A DNA stretch of 64,000 nt from Phyllosticta citribraziliensis (taxonomy: Eukaryota): contig NW_027117343.1 of assembly GCF_038025025.1 (NCBI RefSeq), forward strand, positions 2,356,001-2,420,000, written 5' to 3'. Both the position numbers and the translations under genes were made by a program. Position 1 is the stretch's first letter. Each line of letters opens with the position of its first letter. Positions 23,571-36,532 of this stretch are shown one piece after another. A model generated the notes under the pieces. The model saw nothing but the letters and a program-made list of their open reading frames with translations, was not told where the DNA came from and did no database searches.

Positions 23571-25692
23571 ATGGCTTCCCAAGGAATTGATGGCGAAGCC
23601 AGCTCGAGTAATGTTACCCCTACTAAAGACACTCCTTCGGACGATGAAGTTCTGGATTTCAATGATGAATGGCTCTCCACAATACGGAGTACCATCAGAG
23701 ACATGCACATCATTCTTTCGTCGGGCGGGACCATTAATTATCTTTCGACAAGCTGCAAGCGCTTGTTGGGTTACGATCCAGAACAGCTGATACGACAAAA
23801 GATTACCGACTACATTCACGAAGACGACTTGCCGACATTCGCATCTGAGCTTTTCGAGAGCCAAACGACGGGAAGTACGTTTCGATTTTATTGTCGGATG
23901 CGACGAGCGCAGGCTGAATCCGGCGATGGAGCACCTTCACCAGGAGGAGTCTTGGCCGCCATGCCGGATTACGCAATCTTTGAGATTCAAGGACACTTTG
24001 AATCAATAGAGACAGCGTCCGACAGTGCTGTTAATACGATTATCCAGCCGGACGGAGGCACGGGAGGCTTCTTCAGCGTCATGGCGCGGCCATATCCCCT
24101 GTCACAATCTGCCGAACTCGACCGCTTTCTCGCCCTCAAACTTGAAGAATTGGTGCTCAATTCACACATCACTCAGTTGAGAGCTGAGGAGAGCGTGTTG
24201 CAAGAGACCGCACCAATATCTCCGTCTCAACTTTCTCCAGATGGACAATTCATGGAGAATCTGCCTTTTTTCGTGTCTGGAATGAATCCCCTGATCAACC
24301 CGCAATCGCAACAGGGGCAATCTCTGTCACCTCTGGACCGCCCTCCCGACCCAGCATTCAGCGGTCCAGAGCATCATTCAACGCTACAGTCACCATTCAT
24401 TTCGCCTCCTCCGAATAATCAGCAGCCGCAACCGCTGTCACCACTGGTCAACTCGCCACCTGGTTATCCTCCGCAGCCATCGCCATACCCCTTGCTGCCG
24501 GGTATGCCACCACCACTACTTCGTCATGGCTCTAGCACCGACACTGCTACCCCCTCGGCCTCATTTCCATCGACACCTACGCCCCTCGCCGTCGCCGCCG
24601 CCCCAGTGTGCCATGTAGCTCCCACATCGCGCACGCCGACCGTTGTCAGTGGAGACTTGGGAATCATGTACACGCTCAAATCCGTAAAGCCCAGCCCAGA
24701 GTCCGCACCCATGATGCCCGTAACACCAGTCGGTCTCGGTCCTCCGCCCCCTGCCCACCCCGGTGGCGTGTCTGTCACTGGCGGCAGCTACTTTTCTCCC
24801 GACGCTGCTGTGGCCGCCGCCGCGGCAGCTACCACTGCCGAAATGCCCCCTGCTTCTCTTCTGGACCGTCCAGGACCACCATTCGCCGCTGCAGCGCCTC
24901 CTGGGTCGCAACAGCAGCCTTTCCCGCCGTCTTTTCCTGCCACTGCAGCCAGCGCCGCGCCCCCCGGTTTTCAAGTTCCTCTATTCCCACCCGTGCCCAT
25001 GCAGAGCGGCGTGCCTATGCAAACCGGACCGCCTCCATCGCCGTTTGCTCCCCCTGGCAGCGCCATGGGCGGTCCACCAGGCCCAGGACCGGGCAGCTTC
25101 GTACCTGGACCAGGCGGCATCCCGCTCGATCTTGTCATGCTGCCGCCACACCCACAGCAGCAGCAGCACCTGGGCGTAGCCGTTGGGCCCGAGGCAGTGC
25201 TACCAGGAGGAGCAGCGGCAGGGACGAAAGGCGGCGCCGCTGCGGTTCCCAGGGGACCAAAAGTGGCTGGGAGCGCCGGCTCTCAAGGAAAGGGCTACGT
25301 GTGTGTGGAGTGCGGGACAACACAGGCGCCCGAGTGGCGCCGTGGACCCATGGGACCGAAGACGCTGTGTAATGCGTGTGGCTGTGAGTCTGCTTCTCCT
25401 TCTTCCTACTTTTCTTCCTCGCCCCCTTTCCCGCGTCGCTCTCGCCATGAACCTTTATGTGTGTGATGTGGGGAGAGCTGATCAATGTGCCGCAGTGCGC
25501 TGGTCCAAGGGACCCGATGGCCCCAACAGCCGTAATCGGGCGGCGGCGGCGGCGGCGGCAGCGGCTGCGGCTGCGAGGAAAGACGAGCAGGGTGGCAGCA
25601 GAAGTGCCGCTGCGGCTGCTTCTTCAACGGGCACGGGGAATTTGGGAGCGGCAGGAGATGGTGCGGTGGTTGAGAAACCTGCCGAATGGTAG
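23571..25692 (+). CDS. PAS-domain + GATA zinc-finger transcription factor, White Collar-2-like but divergent, 2 exons (intron 25384-25495)
   Basis: PAS segment [32 protein letters not shown]...[14 protein letters not shown] followed by a coiled-coil-like stretch; spliced [32 protein letters not shown] (CX2CX18CX2C). Confidence 0.88.
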
Positions 25693-28600
25693 AGGTCAGT
25701 AGTGAGTTGGCCGGTGTGGAAATACGTGGTTTTGGACCGTGTGAGTTTACTTTGCTTGCTTGCTTGGATTGGAGTTTGGAGCATTCAGGGGCGGAATATT
25801 GCACTACTTGGAATATACTGCCAGGAGAACTTTGCCAATTTTTCTTTGTCGGCGATGTTTGGAGTTTTCTGGCGTTCAACGAACAGGCAGGCGTACAGGA
25901 AATGGCGTTCTATGCGGGACATGACTGTTTTTGTGGAGAAGTAAAAGGAATAGGGCACCGTAGCGGGTCTCTTTTTCACGCCGTTGACGGTTTAGCGGTA
26001 ATGACCTCTTTATGAATGGAGAAAACAATCGTATTGGAGTGCCCGCCCGCTGCTGTGTCGAACGACCGATGAATGGACCGAGTCGTGGACTGACTGGCCT
26101 GCGCTGGACTGAATGGAAGTGTGCTGTCTCCCGTTTCCTCCAGGTCATTCGACTGCTGCTCTATGTAAGCTCTGTCTACTTTGCCACTCACTGCTCCAAA
26201 AGGAGGTGCATACCTAGAGCCACCTAGCCACACCTCCCCACAGCCTGCTCATCCAACGCACCCAGAGCCCTGGCGCATGTGCAGCGCAGCATACGGCATG
26301 CAGCGCGGCCCCACCCCACAATACCCATATTTCATACCCCGTCAGGAGCGGCACTCCCCCAGCTCGCTGCCGGGGCCCTGTGCCAATCCTTCCTCGCATC
26401 CACCCTCCCGCGCGCTGCGCAGATCAGATCAGCGCGCCCCTCAGCCCCCCCTGGCGCATCATCGCCGTGTCAGCGACGAGTTGCTCGGCGGCCGACAAGC
26501 GGGAGATCTCCCGCCACGGACGTGCCCCCTTTCGCACCCCTTGCGATACGAGCGGACGGCCGTGCCGCGCGCGGACGCAAAGGCAGAGGAACGGGTTGCG
26601 CGGAGCGGGGGATGCGGATCAGCGCTCGTTGCTCCCCGGGCTGGCTTAGCTTGAGTGAACTGACTTTCTTTCTTTGCCCTCCGTTTACCCGTCGCTTCCC
26701 CGTCGTGAGGGAGGGAGGCTCTTGGCTGGCTCTATGCTGATCGGCACGGCGCTGTTGTTTTTCTGCGTGTTATTTTGCTGAGAGGGGGACAGAGGAAGGG
26801 AGATGATAGTGATCCTTGGATGATGTGGACAGTACGAGAAGCAAGTGGACTGAGTGGGAGAGGTAGTCGAACTGCGAAAACTTCAAGGGGGCTTGGGTCA
26901 AGGAGGACGGGAGGGAGTGCACATCGATCGAGATAAACGGTGGTGCCCAAAGACAATCAATCAGCGATCCTTCGCATCCTGAGTGGCTACTAACAGACAA
27001 TAAATCCTCGTGTGTGGACCAGAAAGGGAAATAGGAGTATAAGTCCGCCTGCCCGTCCGTGATAGTAAAAGTTTATCTAGACGTCGCTTCAAAAAATGAC
27101 GGCATGGACGGCACAGCATATATGGGCGCTGTACCCCCCATCCCTCGCCATGTCTGCAAACACAATTTCATCCACTTTACACCATGTGTCCATTTGGGAA
27201 AACGCTGGACGCGCGATGTGCGATCGATTCGACGCTTTCTCTTGCGCCTCTGGCCGACGATATTCTATGACCAGAGTCTCGCAGCCTCGCAGGATTCTTC
27301 CGCCCATTTCTGTTCTCCAACTTCGTCAGACGGACCACCCAGAAGCCGCAGGATTCCTTCCACTTGACCAGAACAATGCAGTGTTCCGTGGAGATATCAG
27401 GAGAGACAAGGGGCGACGTGAGTGGGATGAACCACACTCAAGACACGCGAACGACGACACAGCATCGACGAGACATCTCGACGGAAGGCGACGGATTCGA
27501 CGGCACAACGCTGGGAGCGCGACTCCGTACACGCCGAAGTGTTTGCGATGTAGACATGACCACACGCCCCATGGACGACGTGTGGATGCGCCTGGGACGC
27601 GAGACGCCGCCTCAGGCACGCCTGTGGGCTTTTGGAGAGTAGCCAAGCGCAGAGTGAGAAGCAGACGGCCCGATCAACAGCCTGGAAAGAGGGGCATCCA
27701 ACTCGCCTCGTTACGGAAAGTCGACGGCACAGTGTGGGTGAAAGAACTAATACCTCCTGGCCCGGCGGCTTCGTTTAGGGAGCACTCGTTTACCACCACA
27801 GCTATACTTGGGGGGCATTCATCCGCTACCACGGTCAAACCTAGGAAGCTGTCATTCACTGCTAAAGTCAAAACCAGAGTCTCATTTCTTTCGACACTAC
27901 TGTGACGCGATGAGCCAAACAGACCCTGATGACGTATCTCGATCCAGACCCCTTACCTCCATGTCCTTCGGTTAGATAGTTGGAGTACAAGATTATTCGG
28001 GGCCCAGCAGAAGGGGAGATACCGGCGCACAAGGCGCGCCGCAGCAGCAGCGGCAAGTTCGAGCGAGCGCCACCTCCACCACCGTCTCCACCCACGGAAG
28101 CGAAAGAAGCTTGGGAGCAAGATGAAACAAACAGTCTGGCGACTCAGGAACAAGACGGCGACATATGCACACCGACGTCACCGATACACTCCACCAACGA
28201 CTCTCGCCATACTTGCCACGTCTACTCCCCTCGCGTCCGTTCGTCTTTGCCCCAACCCACCATAGGGAGACGTGGGCAGATGGAGGTCAACGCGACAGCC
28301 GGCCAGACAGCAACCAGACCCCGTGTTCAGGTCCACCATCTCAACGACCAACGTGTCTCCCCACGCCGTTCGGACCCAATCGTCCGTCCGTAGCTCCAAC
28401 ACGCCAACGTGACCAGCAACATCTTGCCGCGCCATACCGTACTGTCGCAGAGCTTCCTACCCTTAGACGCAAAGTTTCGTCACCCCGCCGACGTCACAGT
28501 GAACCACCAGCAGAACGATGAACACGTTCATCCCCGATCGCCCCTCCATCGGTAGCAACCCTATCAGCACCCAAGCAAGAGCCGGCATGAGCGAAAGGGG

Positions 28601-28709
28601 GGGAGGGAAGGGGGCCTGAAAGCCCGCACGCTGTCTCTTGCCCAACGGAGTGGAATGCACGAAGCAAGAGAGAGTTGGAAGAGTAGGGCCCGGCAGAGCC
28701 AAATTTCCC

Positions 28710-28742
28710 GAGTTGAGTCGAGTTGAGTCGAGTTGAGTCGAG
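28710..28742. repeat. (GAGTTGAGTC)3 decamer tandem repeat
   Basis: gagttgagtcgagttgagtcgagttgagtcgag read directly. Confidence 0.85.
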
Positions 28743-31700
28743 ACGAGATGGGATCGCCACTGGGCCAGAATGACACTCCTGCCGACGACGGGCCCGGCCA
28801 ACACGAAGCCTGTAGGGCCAGACGAGACAATATCGGATCAGCAATCGGGCACGAGGCCTCACGCCAGGACAAGGCAGGACGATCGAGAGTCGGGCGGGCT
28901 GGACTGAGCCAGGTGGATGACGGTACTGTGAACGCAACAACGTATAAGGAGCCGTGGTTGAAGAGAAGGGCTGGCGCGCGCAGCGCGTGAGTTTGTGAGC
29001 CATGCTCGAAATGGGAATGCGGCGTGCTGATCACACGCCTGCCGGCCTGAAGTCGCGCCGTTTGAAGAGTTAGTTTTGGGATGGAGCTTGTGGGATTAGA
29101 CGAGGCGAGAACCGTTGTTGTTGTTGTCGTTGGCATCGCTCCTCGGCTGCCTGGTTCGCGCCCGGCAGGGAAAGTGTAGACGCCGTGGACGATCCTCTCC
29201 ATGGATTGTGGGGAAGAAGTGGTGGAGGTGGGTCGTGTGGAATAAGGGTTGCGGATGGTTGTTGACATCTGGCTTATGCCCATATCGTCATTCCGCATAT
29301 GACGTCGACCGGCAGCGGGCTGGCTGAGTTTATTTCGAGATGGGCAACTGCCGCTTCATGGCATTGTCTAGCCGGCATGTACAGTGTGAAGAATTGGCGG
29401 AACTTGGCGGTTGATGTCATGACCACTCGACGCGGCTGTGCAAGTGCATATCATCTCTGGAAAATAGCCCATTGAGAAAAACAGAATGGGGATCAGCTGC
29501 GACTTGGCTGAAGCAATGATGAGGAAAAGATGGGATCAAAAAAGGTTCAAGGACATAAGGTTATGGCGAGGACGAAAATAGGTAAGCATGGCCGCTGATC
29601 ACCTCGTGCTTTGGCTGCCGCCAGGCGTTTATAGGCGAAATGAACAATGCTGACTTGATGCGGGTCAGGTCTGGCCAATCATCGCGGCGTACATGCTCAA
29701 CACCAAGCGCGGTTTCGTGGGCATCCAAGTTGGGACAGAGTTCTGTGGCAAACAATCGATCGAACAGGCCGACATGAAGTTGGCAAAATGCCTGCTAGCA
29801 ATGATCAACATAGGGCTGGAGACTGGCAGAAGGTCCAAACGACACAGATGCGAGGAACGCTGGTTCCGTGCCCTCCCGGAAGCGGGAAGACATGCCGGTC
29901 GTGCGTCCCGTTTGATTGTGCATTTTTGGCGCAACCTTTTTTCTTTGTTTGTGGTGTTGATCTTTGCTAGAGACAGGAGTAGTGGCGGTCATATTTGAGG
30001 ATGATGCCAAAAGCTGGGGTGAATTGTTAGCCGTGTCGAGGCTTCGTGTGTGGCATCTCGATTCTTCATCTGCTGATGAAGAAAATGCGAACCGAAAAAC
30101 TGTCACACCGCCACATTGAATGACCTCACTACCAAGGACGGGCGAAACTATGCTTTGCGACGTTCAGTGAGCCCCAGGCTGAGCCCTGAGCCACACACGC
30201 AACGGAACGCTCCTTAGCAACACCACTGCAAGAGTTATGTAGAGATGCTATGATGTCATGGGTCGACAAGTGATCATCATCCATGCACCGTAAAATCTCG
30301 GTGCGGACACGCTGGGGCACGTCAAATCTTCTCCGGAGTATAACCCTATTCCAACCCCAGGAGATCCCACCCAGGGTTTGAGTGGTGCGGGCCACGGCAA
30401 AGAGAGGGTACGGATTGCCTAAGGGCCCGATGTTCTCAGGTTTTCAGGAGGAAGGAGCGCCGAGTTACGGAACGAGGAGGCGTCGTAGGCCGCGTCCGCG
30501 TCCGCGCATGGTCGTTTGGTGCTATTTGTTTTGGTCGAATAGCAAGGTCCGGGAAGCTCCGTGAGCGAGTCGTGAGTGGGGTCCAAGTTAGTAATGGGGT
30601 ACTGCTAACAAACAAGCCACTTGAAAAAAAACGTGGGATGTTTAGCTCTCGGCGAGGTCACTTCGTCGCATCAATGCCCCGAGGAGTGAATGGGAGCCTC
30701 CTGCTCCTTGCAATTCAATCAAGCAGCATCGGCGTGGCCAGGAGATTGCCGAGCAGCCTGCAGAGCGCCAATCATGGATTGCAGTTTACAAGTTTTACCC
30801 AGACGCGGACGGAATATGGAATCCAGTCGCTCAAAAAGCTTCGAGTGGGCCAGGGGTCTAGGATGGTGTGCCTCAAGCGGGAGGTCACTTTGTTTAATGG
30901 GGGCGTATTGTCGCGACTGCAGATCCCTTGGACGAAGGTCGTGAGGAAATGGAGGTCGGGCGGATGACGTTCTAGTCTCCTGGTCATCCGGAATGACTTC
31001 TTGGGAGGTGGCTCTTGGGATGACGTAGGCTCCCGTCGAAATGGCATGACAGCGGGACAGTTCGCAGCAGAAACTGACACGGTGTGCAGGTGCTGGGTCG
31101 TGGGGGGATGGCAGCTGAGTCGTGTTGGGCGAGGCTTCAAGTAGACGAGTCGTGCAGGCGACGTCATTGGGGAAAATTGTCTCCAATACGTTTCAAGAAC
31201 CAAAGCGACGTGGGATGAAGAGGACAAAGATCTGCCCGGTTCGACACGGGGCCGAGTTGATTTTGTCGGCAGATGAAGCTGTCCGTGACCGCTGTTTGCA
31301 GGGCGTCACAACGTCACATATTCCTGACGGCGTGACGCCGACGTATCTCAGAACGTTGGCCGATAAGCGGGCGAGATAGGTTCAGAGGCACCCGAGCCAA
31401 CGGACGCGCCTCCGGGGAGTGGTGTCGACTCCCACGGGGAGGGAGGCGAGAGCCGGATAGGGAAGAAGAGGTCGGGGCAGCCCTACCGACAGGGCAGAAA
31501 ATGGAACAGAGTGGCAGCCCAAGCCTTTGATTGGCGTCACTTCGCATCGCCTCCACGTGTCGACCATGTAGCCGCGAGCCGGGACATTCGATGGGGGCAA
31601 AACAGCCTAACCATGAGCGCGGAACGCAGGAGGCCGCGATGTTGACACAGAGGGCTCGTAGGCGCGGTCGTTTTTCGGACGGGCCAAAACCGGCCTAGCG

Positions 31701-32782
31701 CCTCATGGAATGCCACGTGCGGAAGAGGGCGACGGGTGCTGTGACATGCTTCTGGAAGAAGCTAAAATCAGCTCACAATTGCTGGCGGGATAATGTTATC
31801 CACGTTGGCACGCCCGGCTGAGGTGGTCCTTTTTCTGATTGCGTACGTCTGACAAACATGGTCGACGACGACGGCGACGGCGACGGCGACGACGAAATGA
31901 TCGGGTCGTCGCTCCGCTTGCCGCCGCGGCTGCTGGTGGCTGGAGAGAGCAGAGGTTTGGCAGGGAGGAGGATGTCGGTCTAGTTTTCCCAATGGAGATG
32001 GAAATGTTTCAGGGACGCCGTGGTTTTGTAGTCGTCGGCCATGGCTGTAGGAGCGCTGTACTGTACTGTACTGTACGTGTAGGTGGGGCATCGTCATCCA
32101 CCTGGGTCACTCACACTGTCTCTCTCTCTCTCTCTCTTTTCCGAGCGGTGAGGAAGCGATTCTGTGGCGATTGCGATTCTCGTCGAGCATTGGTAGGGCC
32201 GACGACAGCGTCTCCAATGCTGGTCCCTGGCAGACAGAGCCTCGACGCGAGGAGGCTCTAGCAGGGCGTTGGTGTGGCGCTTTTGGCGGGAACCTTGGCT
32301 GGTGCGGGCCGCTGTTTTTTGGGGGAGGGCACTCGGGCGCATATCGGGGCACGCGGGTTTCGGTGGTCAGTCGAGACGGGGCGAAGACGTGGATGCCGGT
32401 GGTTGATGAGTACATGGCATGGCGGCGTTGCTGGGTTGTATGTGTATGTGGGCGAATTTTGTCGTCGTCGCCGCTGAGTCGGACAATGGGCTGGCTGCGC
32501 GGCCCCCAATGGTATTAAAGCGACGCCGGCAGCGTCATGACCACCCTCGTTCCTCCCTCAGTCTCCACTGGATCCACTTCAGGTCGTCCTTTCCCCGCCG
32601 CTCCGGTCCGTCCATTGTCTGTCCTGTCCTGTCCAGTCCTGTCCAGTCCATAATTGCTCTGTCCTGTCCGCCCTTCCGCCTGCCTCAGCCCGCACAGAGA
32701 GAGGAGCAAGGCTCCGCGCCCCCACCACCTTCAGTTCGCTTCACTTGACCTCACTCAACCACCATCGCCGTCCACCAACACC

Positions 32783-35466
32783 ATGAAGCGTTCCTTTTCC
32801 CAAATCGACGACCTGTCTGCCGCCGGTGGGGAGAGACAGACTCCCGGCGCCCCGCACGCCTTCCACTCCGCCACCCCCTCGGCCTCCGCCAGCAATGATT
32901 ACACCCCAAAGATATCGAGGAAAATCCGCGCCTGTAAGTTCACCATGTCTTGGCGTCCCCTCCGCTCGGCCATCCGCCCGGTTTTCTGTGTGGATCCAGC
33001 ACGCCCATATCTGCCCCTTCCGTTTGCTGACTGCTCTGCCAGGCAAGGAATGTCAGAGCCGCAAGGTCAAGTGTGACTTGGCCGAGGGCAACAACACCTG
33101 TGCCCGTTGCCGTCGTCTCGGCCTCAAGTGTGTCATCAACAAGAGCCTCCAGACGCTGCTCGACGATGAAAACGAGTGAGTTGCCTGCCCGGGAGTGCTC
33201 GCCTTGGATCCCTACTGACCCACCGCCCAGATGGAAACGGACCATGGACATCAAGTACGAGCAGCTCCAAAACGCCGTATCTGAGCTTCTCAACCAGGCA
33301 AATCTGCCCGCTCTGGAAGCCTGGTCCAACCACGACACCCGTAGCCAGTCGGCCTCTCCCTCCATGTCCAAAGTCCTCCCGCAACAGTCAAATCCAAACA
33401 CCCAACCCGTCTCCGGACCCACCCCTCCTCAGTCCGAGTACTTGTCCCCGCGGGGCAGCAAGGGCACTGGCCTCGAATGCACCCGTGAGAACTCGCCTGT
33501 CCCTGCGTCCAAGGACGAAGCCGAGGATGAGTCGACGCCCTGTGCCGGACCAATGGCTTCCCTCTTTGAGGTGACCAAGCTCAGGAACATCCGCAGCAAC
33601 GTTGCCGATCGCCCAGATGCGTCCCGGAAGAACCCCATGTTCTCCGATCTTATCGCACAGGGCAAGATCAGCGAGGCGCAGGCAGATTCTCTTTTTCGCA
33701 AATTCAACACCTCGTTGAACCACTTCCTCTGGGGCGGAGTGTCTCTCAACCACGAGAGCCTGCAGTCTGTACGCGAGTCATCCTCGCTGTTGCTGACGGC
33801 CATCCTGTCTGTCGCCGCCCTGCACCTCCCCGGAGCCGAAGCTGTGCTGGAGGTTTGCTACAACGAGTTTCTTTCTCTCGTAGCATATTCCATGTTCGGC
33901 CGGGACCAGTCTCTTGACGACATCCGGGGACTCTGCATCGGTGCCTTTTATCTTTCCGAGGTTAGCTGGAAGCTCTCTGGTCACGCCGTGCGCATGGCTA
34001 CCGAGATGCACCTCCACACGGCCTTTTCCAAAGCACTCTCGGGTTCACCCGAAGCCATTGAGCGAGCACGCCTCTGGTACCTCCTCTACGTGTGTGACCA
34101 CCACTTCTCTCTGGCATATAACCGGCCACCGGTCATTCACGAAGACGAGTCGGTCGTGAGCAACGACAAGTTCTTGTCTCTGCCGGGCACCACCATGGCC
34201 GACCTTCGTCTACACTCGCAAGTCGACGTGTTTGCGATCCTGAGTCGTGTGTTTGCCAAATTCGGTCACGACTGTGACCGACCGCTCGCCGAGACTGACA
34301 TGCCTGTCCTTCGGCAATTCGGCGCCGACTTGGACATGTGGTCCAACAAGTGGGAGCCAAAGCTCGGTACGTACCCTTATCCATCTTGCCTTCAGCGCCA
34401 TCATCTAACATGTCTAGACCCCAACCATTATGTCCAGTCGTACCCGGCCAAAGGTTGCGCTCTTCACGCATCCTTTGCCAAGTTGCAGCTCAACTCGTTG
34501 GCTCTCCGTGGCCTTGCGAGACTGCCAGCAGATGACCCGCGTCGCGAGTTCATCAACATGGCCATTGACAACGCGACTACCTGCCTGAGGCTTGTCCTCG
34601 ACGAACCAGACATCAGCAGCTCCATTGTCGGCGTGCCCCTCTACCTCTCCACCACCATTACCTTTTCAACAGTCTTCCTCATGAAGGTGCACTCCAACTG
34701 GAGGTCGGCCAACCTCAACACCAACTTCAGCGTCATTGTCGAGCTTGTCGAGCGCATCATCAAGCTCCTGAGTGGAGCCAAAGCCTCGGAGCACCACGTA
34801 TCGCTTCACACGGCTCGTGGTCTTGCGCACATGCTCAAGAAGTTCAAGGAGCGTGAGGCTCGTGTCATGACGCACCACAACACCCCCGTGCAGCAGCACC
34901 GCAACCCTTCTCTCCAGACCAACATCTCCAACGCCACCAGCGCGACCCTCGCACAGAACCTTTCGCCCACCCAAGCTGGCCCAAACATGCCATGGTCGGA
35001 TCGCTGGCAACAGCAGCAAGGGGGCCCCAATGACGTGCCCATGTCCTCCTGGGCCGGCTCGTCTCTTGACTGGTTCGGCATTGACGACCAGTACCTGCCC
35101 GCTGGTGTCTTTGACGCCGTGCAGTCTTCGCTTCCAGTCGTCGGCTGGCCCATGAACTCGCCGCCCTCGAGCGACTCGTTCACCTCAACCCCTCGCTCCA
35201 TGCCCGTCACCACTGCCGCTGCCGTCACTGGTGCTACGCCCGCCGCCGCCAACACGGCGACCTGGGCCATGTCCGCGGCGCCATACATGAATGGTATGAC
35301 GGCGTGGACTGACGACGCGACGGCTTGCAGCAGCGGCATGGGCACGCCGGTCCAGCAGCACCAAAGGTGCGCCCCGGGAATGGGACCTACCCTCAGCGCC
35401 ACGGGCACGCCAGCCAACACCTGGCTGGCCGACAACCCGAACCAGCCGGCCTGGGTTGAGGACTAA
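32783..35466 (+). CDS. Zn(II)2Cys6 transcription factor with fungal TF domain (introns 32934-33042, ~33176-33230, probably 34367-34417)
   Basis: Spliced SRKIRACKECQSRKVKCDLAEGNNTCARCRRLGLKCV; SGHAVRMATEMHLH and RARLWYLLYVCDHHFSLAYNRP. Confidence 0.9.
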
Positions 35467-36503
35467 GCTTTGAGCCGTCCTCGAAGCAGCTGCTGGCAGG
35501 CATGCTCTTTGCTTCGCAGCATGGCGAGGCTGTGCTGGTCATTGTCCCTTGTTGTTGCGCCATTACTCCATCTATGCTTTACCTCGTTCTCTTCTCCACC
35601 ATATACCACTCTACCTACCCTTGGTTGGTCTTCTCACCATCATCATCATATCATCTTGTTGCACGTATGGGTGTTTGGGTTGCTGTTGTTGTTTGGTCAC
35701 GACTTCACGACACGTCGATACGATGAATGCTGCGAATCCTCTCCCTTTCTTGTCTCTTCCTTTTCCTCTTTCCTTCCAGATCAAAATAAATTTTTTTGGT
35801 CTGACAGACCAATCACGCTGTCGGCATTTTGGCTTACACACATAGCGATTGTTTCGTTGTTGAGCGCATATGTAGCAGGCCACCCACCCTTTTAGGGGCG
35901 CATTGTCATCTTGGGCGTTCTTCCTTTTTTTTCTCTTCTCTCATACTCTTCTTTGTTACGGTCTTGGTGTGGTCGGAATGCTTGGTTGAGCCCTTCTTGT
36001 TCCATTCTTCTCATTATTCACGGCGGTAGCACAAACCTTTTCGTCATTTATGTTTGCTCTTTTACTTTTTCACATTTGCCAAAAAAGTTGTGTTCTCCGT
36101 TTCTGCTTCTTATTCACTTTGCGCATTCTGCATTGCATTGGCTTTGCATCCCACATTGCGCCCGGCTCCGTCTCTGCTTGGTGGTCATTTACAATTCATT
36201 GTTCAGCTAGCTAGGTTGTTTCGTTTGCTAGATACGGTATCTGCCTCACGGCACACACAATCGGGATATGATGATTTTTGCCAGCAAAGCTTCATTGCAA
36301 TAACAAATTGTGTGATTGAACCCTGCGCGCCTGCCTGAGCATGCTTGTCGTAGCTACTAGAGGACCCTGCCTTACCCTGCCTCACCTTGTCTGACACATG
36401 GCGGTTGCGTAGCTTCCGCTTGCACCTTCCTCGCTCTCCACGTGGGCAGGGTAGCGTGCGTCGCGTGGTGGCATGCATGCCATGCTGCCCTACCTGTTCC
36501 AGG

Positions 36504-36532
36504 TACCTACCTACCTACCTACCTACCTACCT
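36504..36532. repeat. (TACC)n tetranucleotide microsatellite
   Basis: tacctacctacctacctacctacctacct read directly. Confidence 0.9.

Noticed and set aside
28564..29298. 244-aa minus-strand ORF
   Set aside because: It runs through simple repeats and has no family motif; likely spurious in GC-rich DNA.
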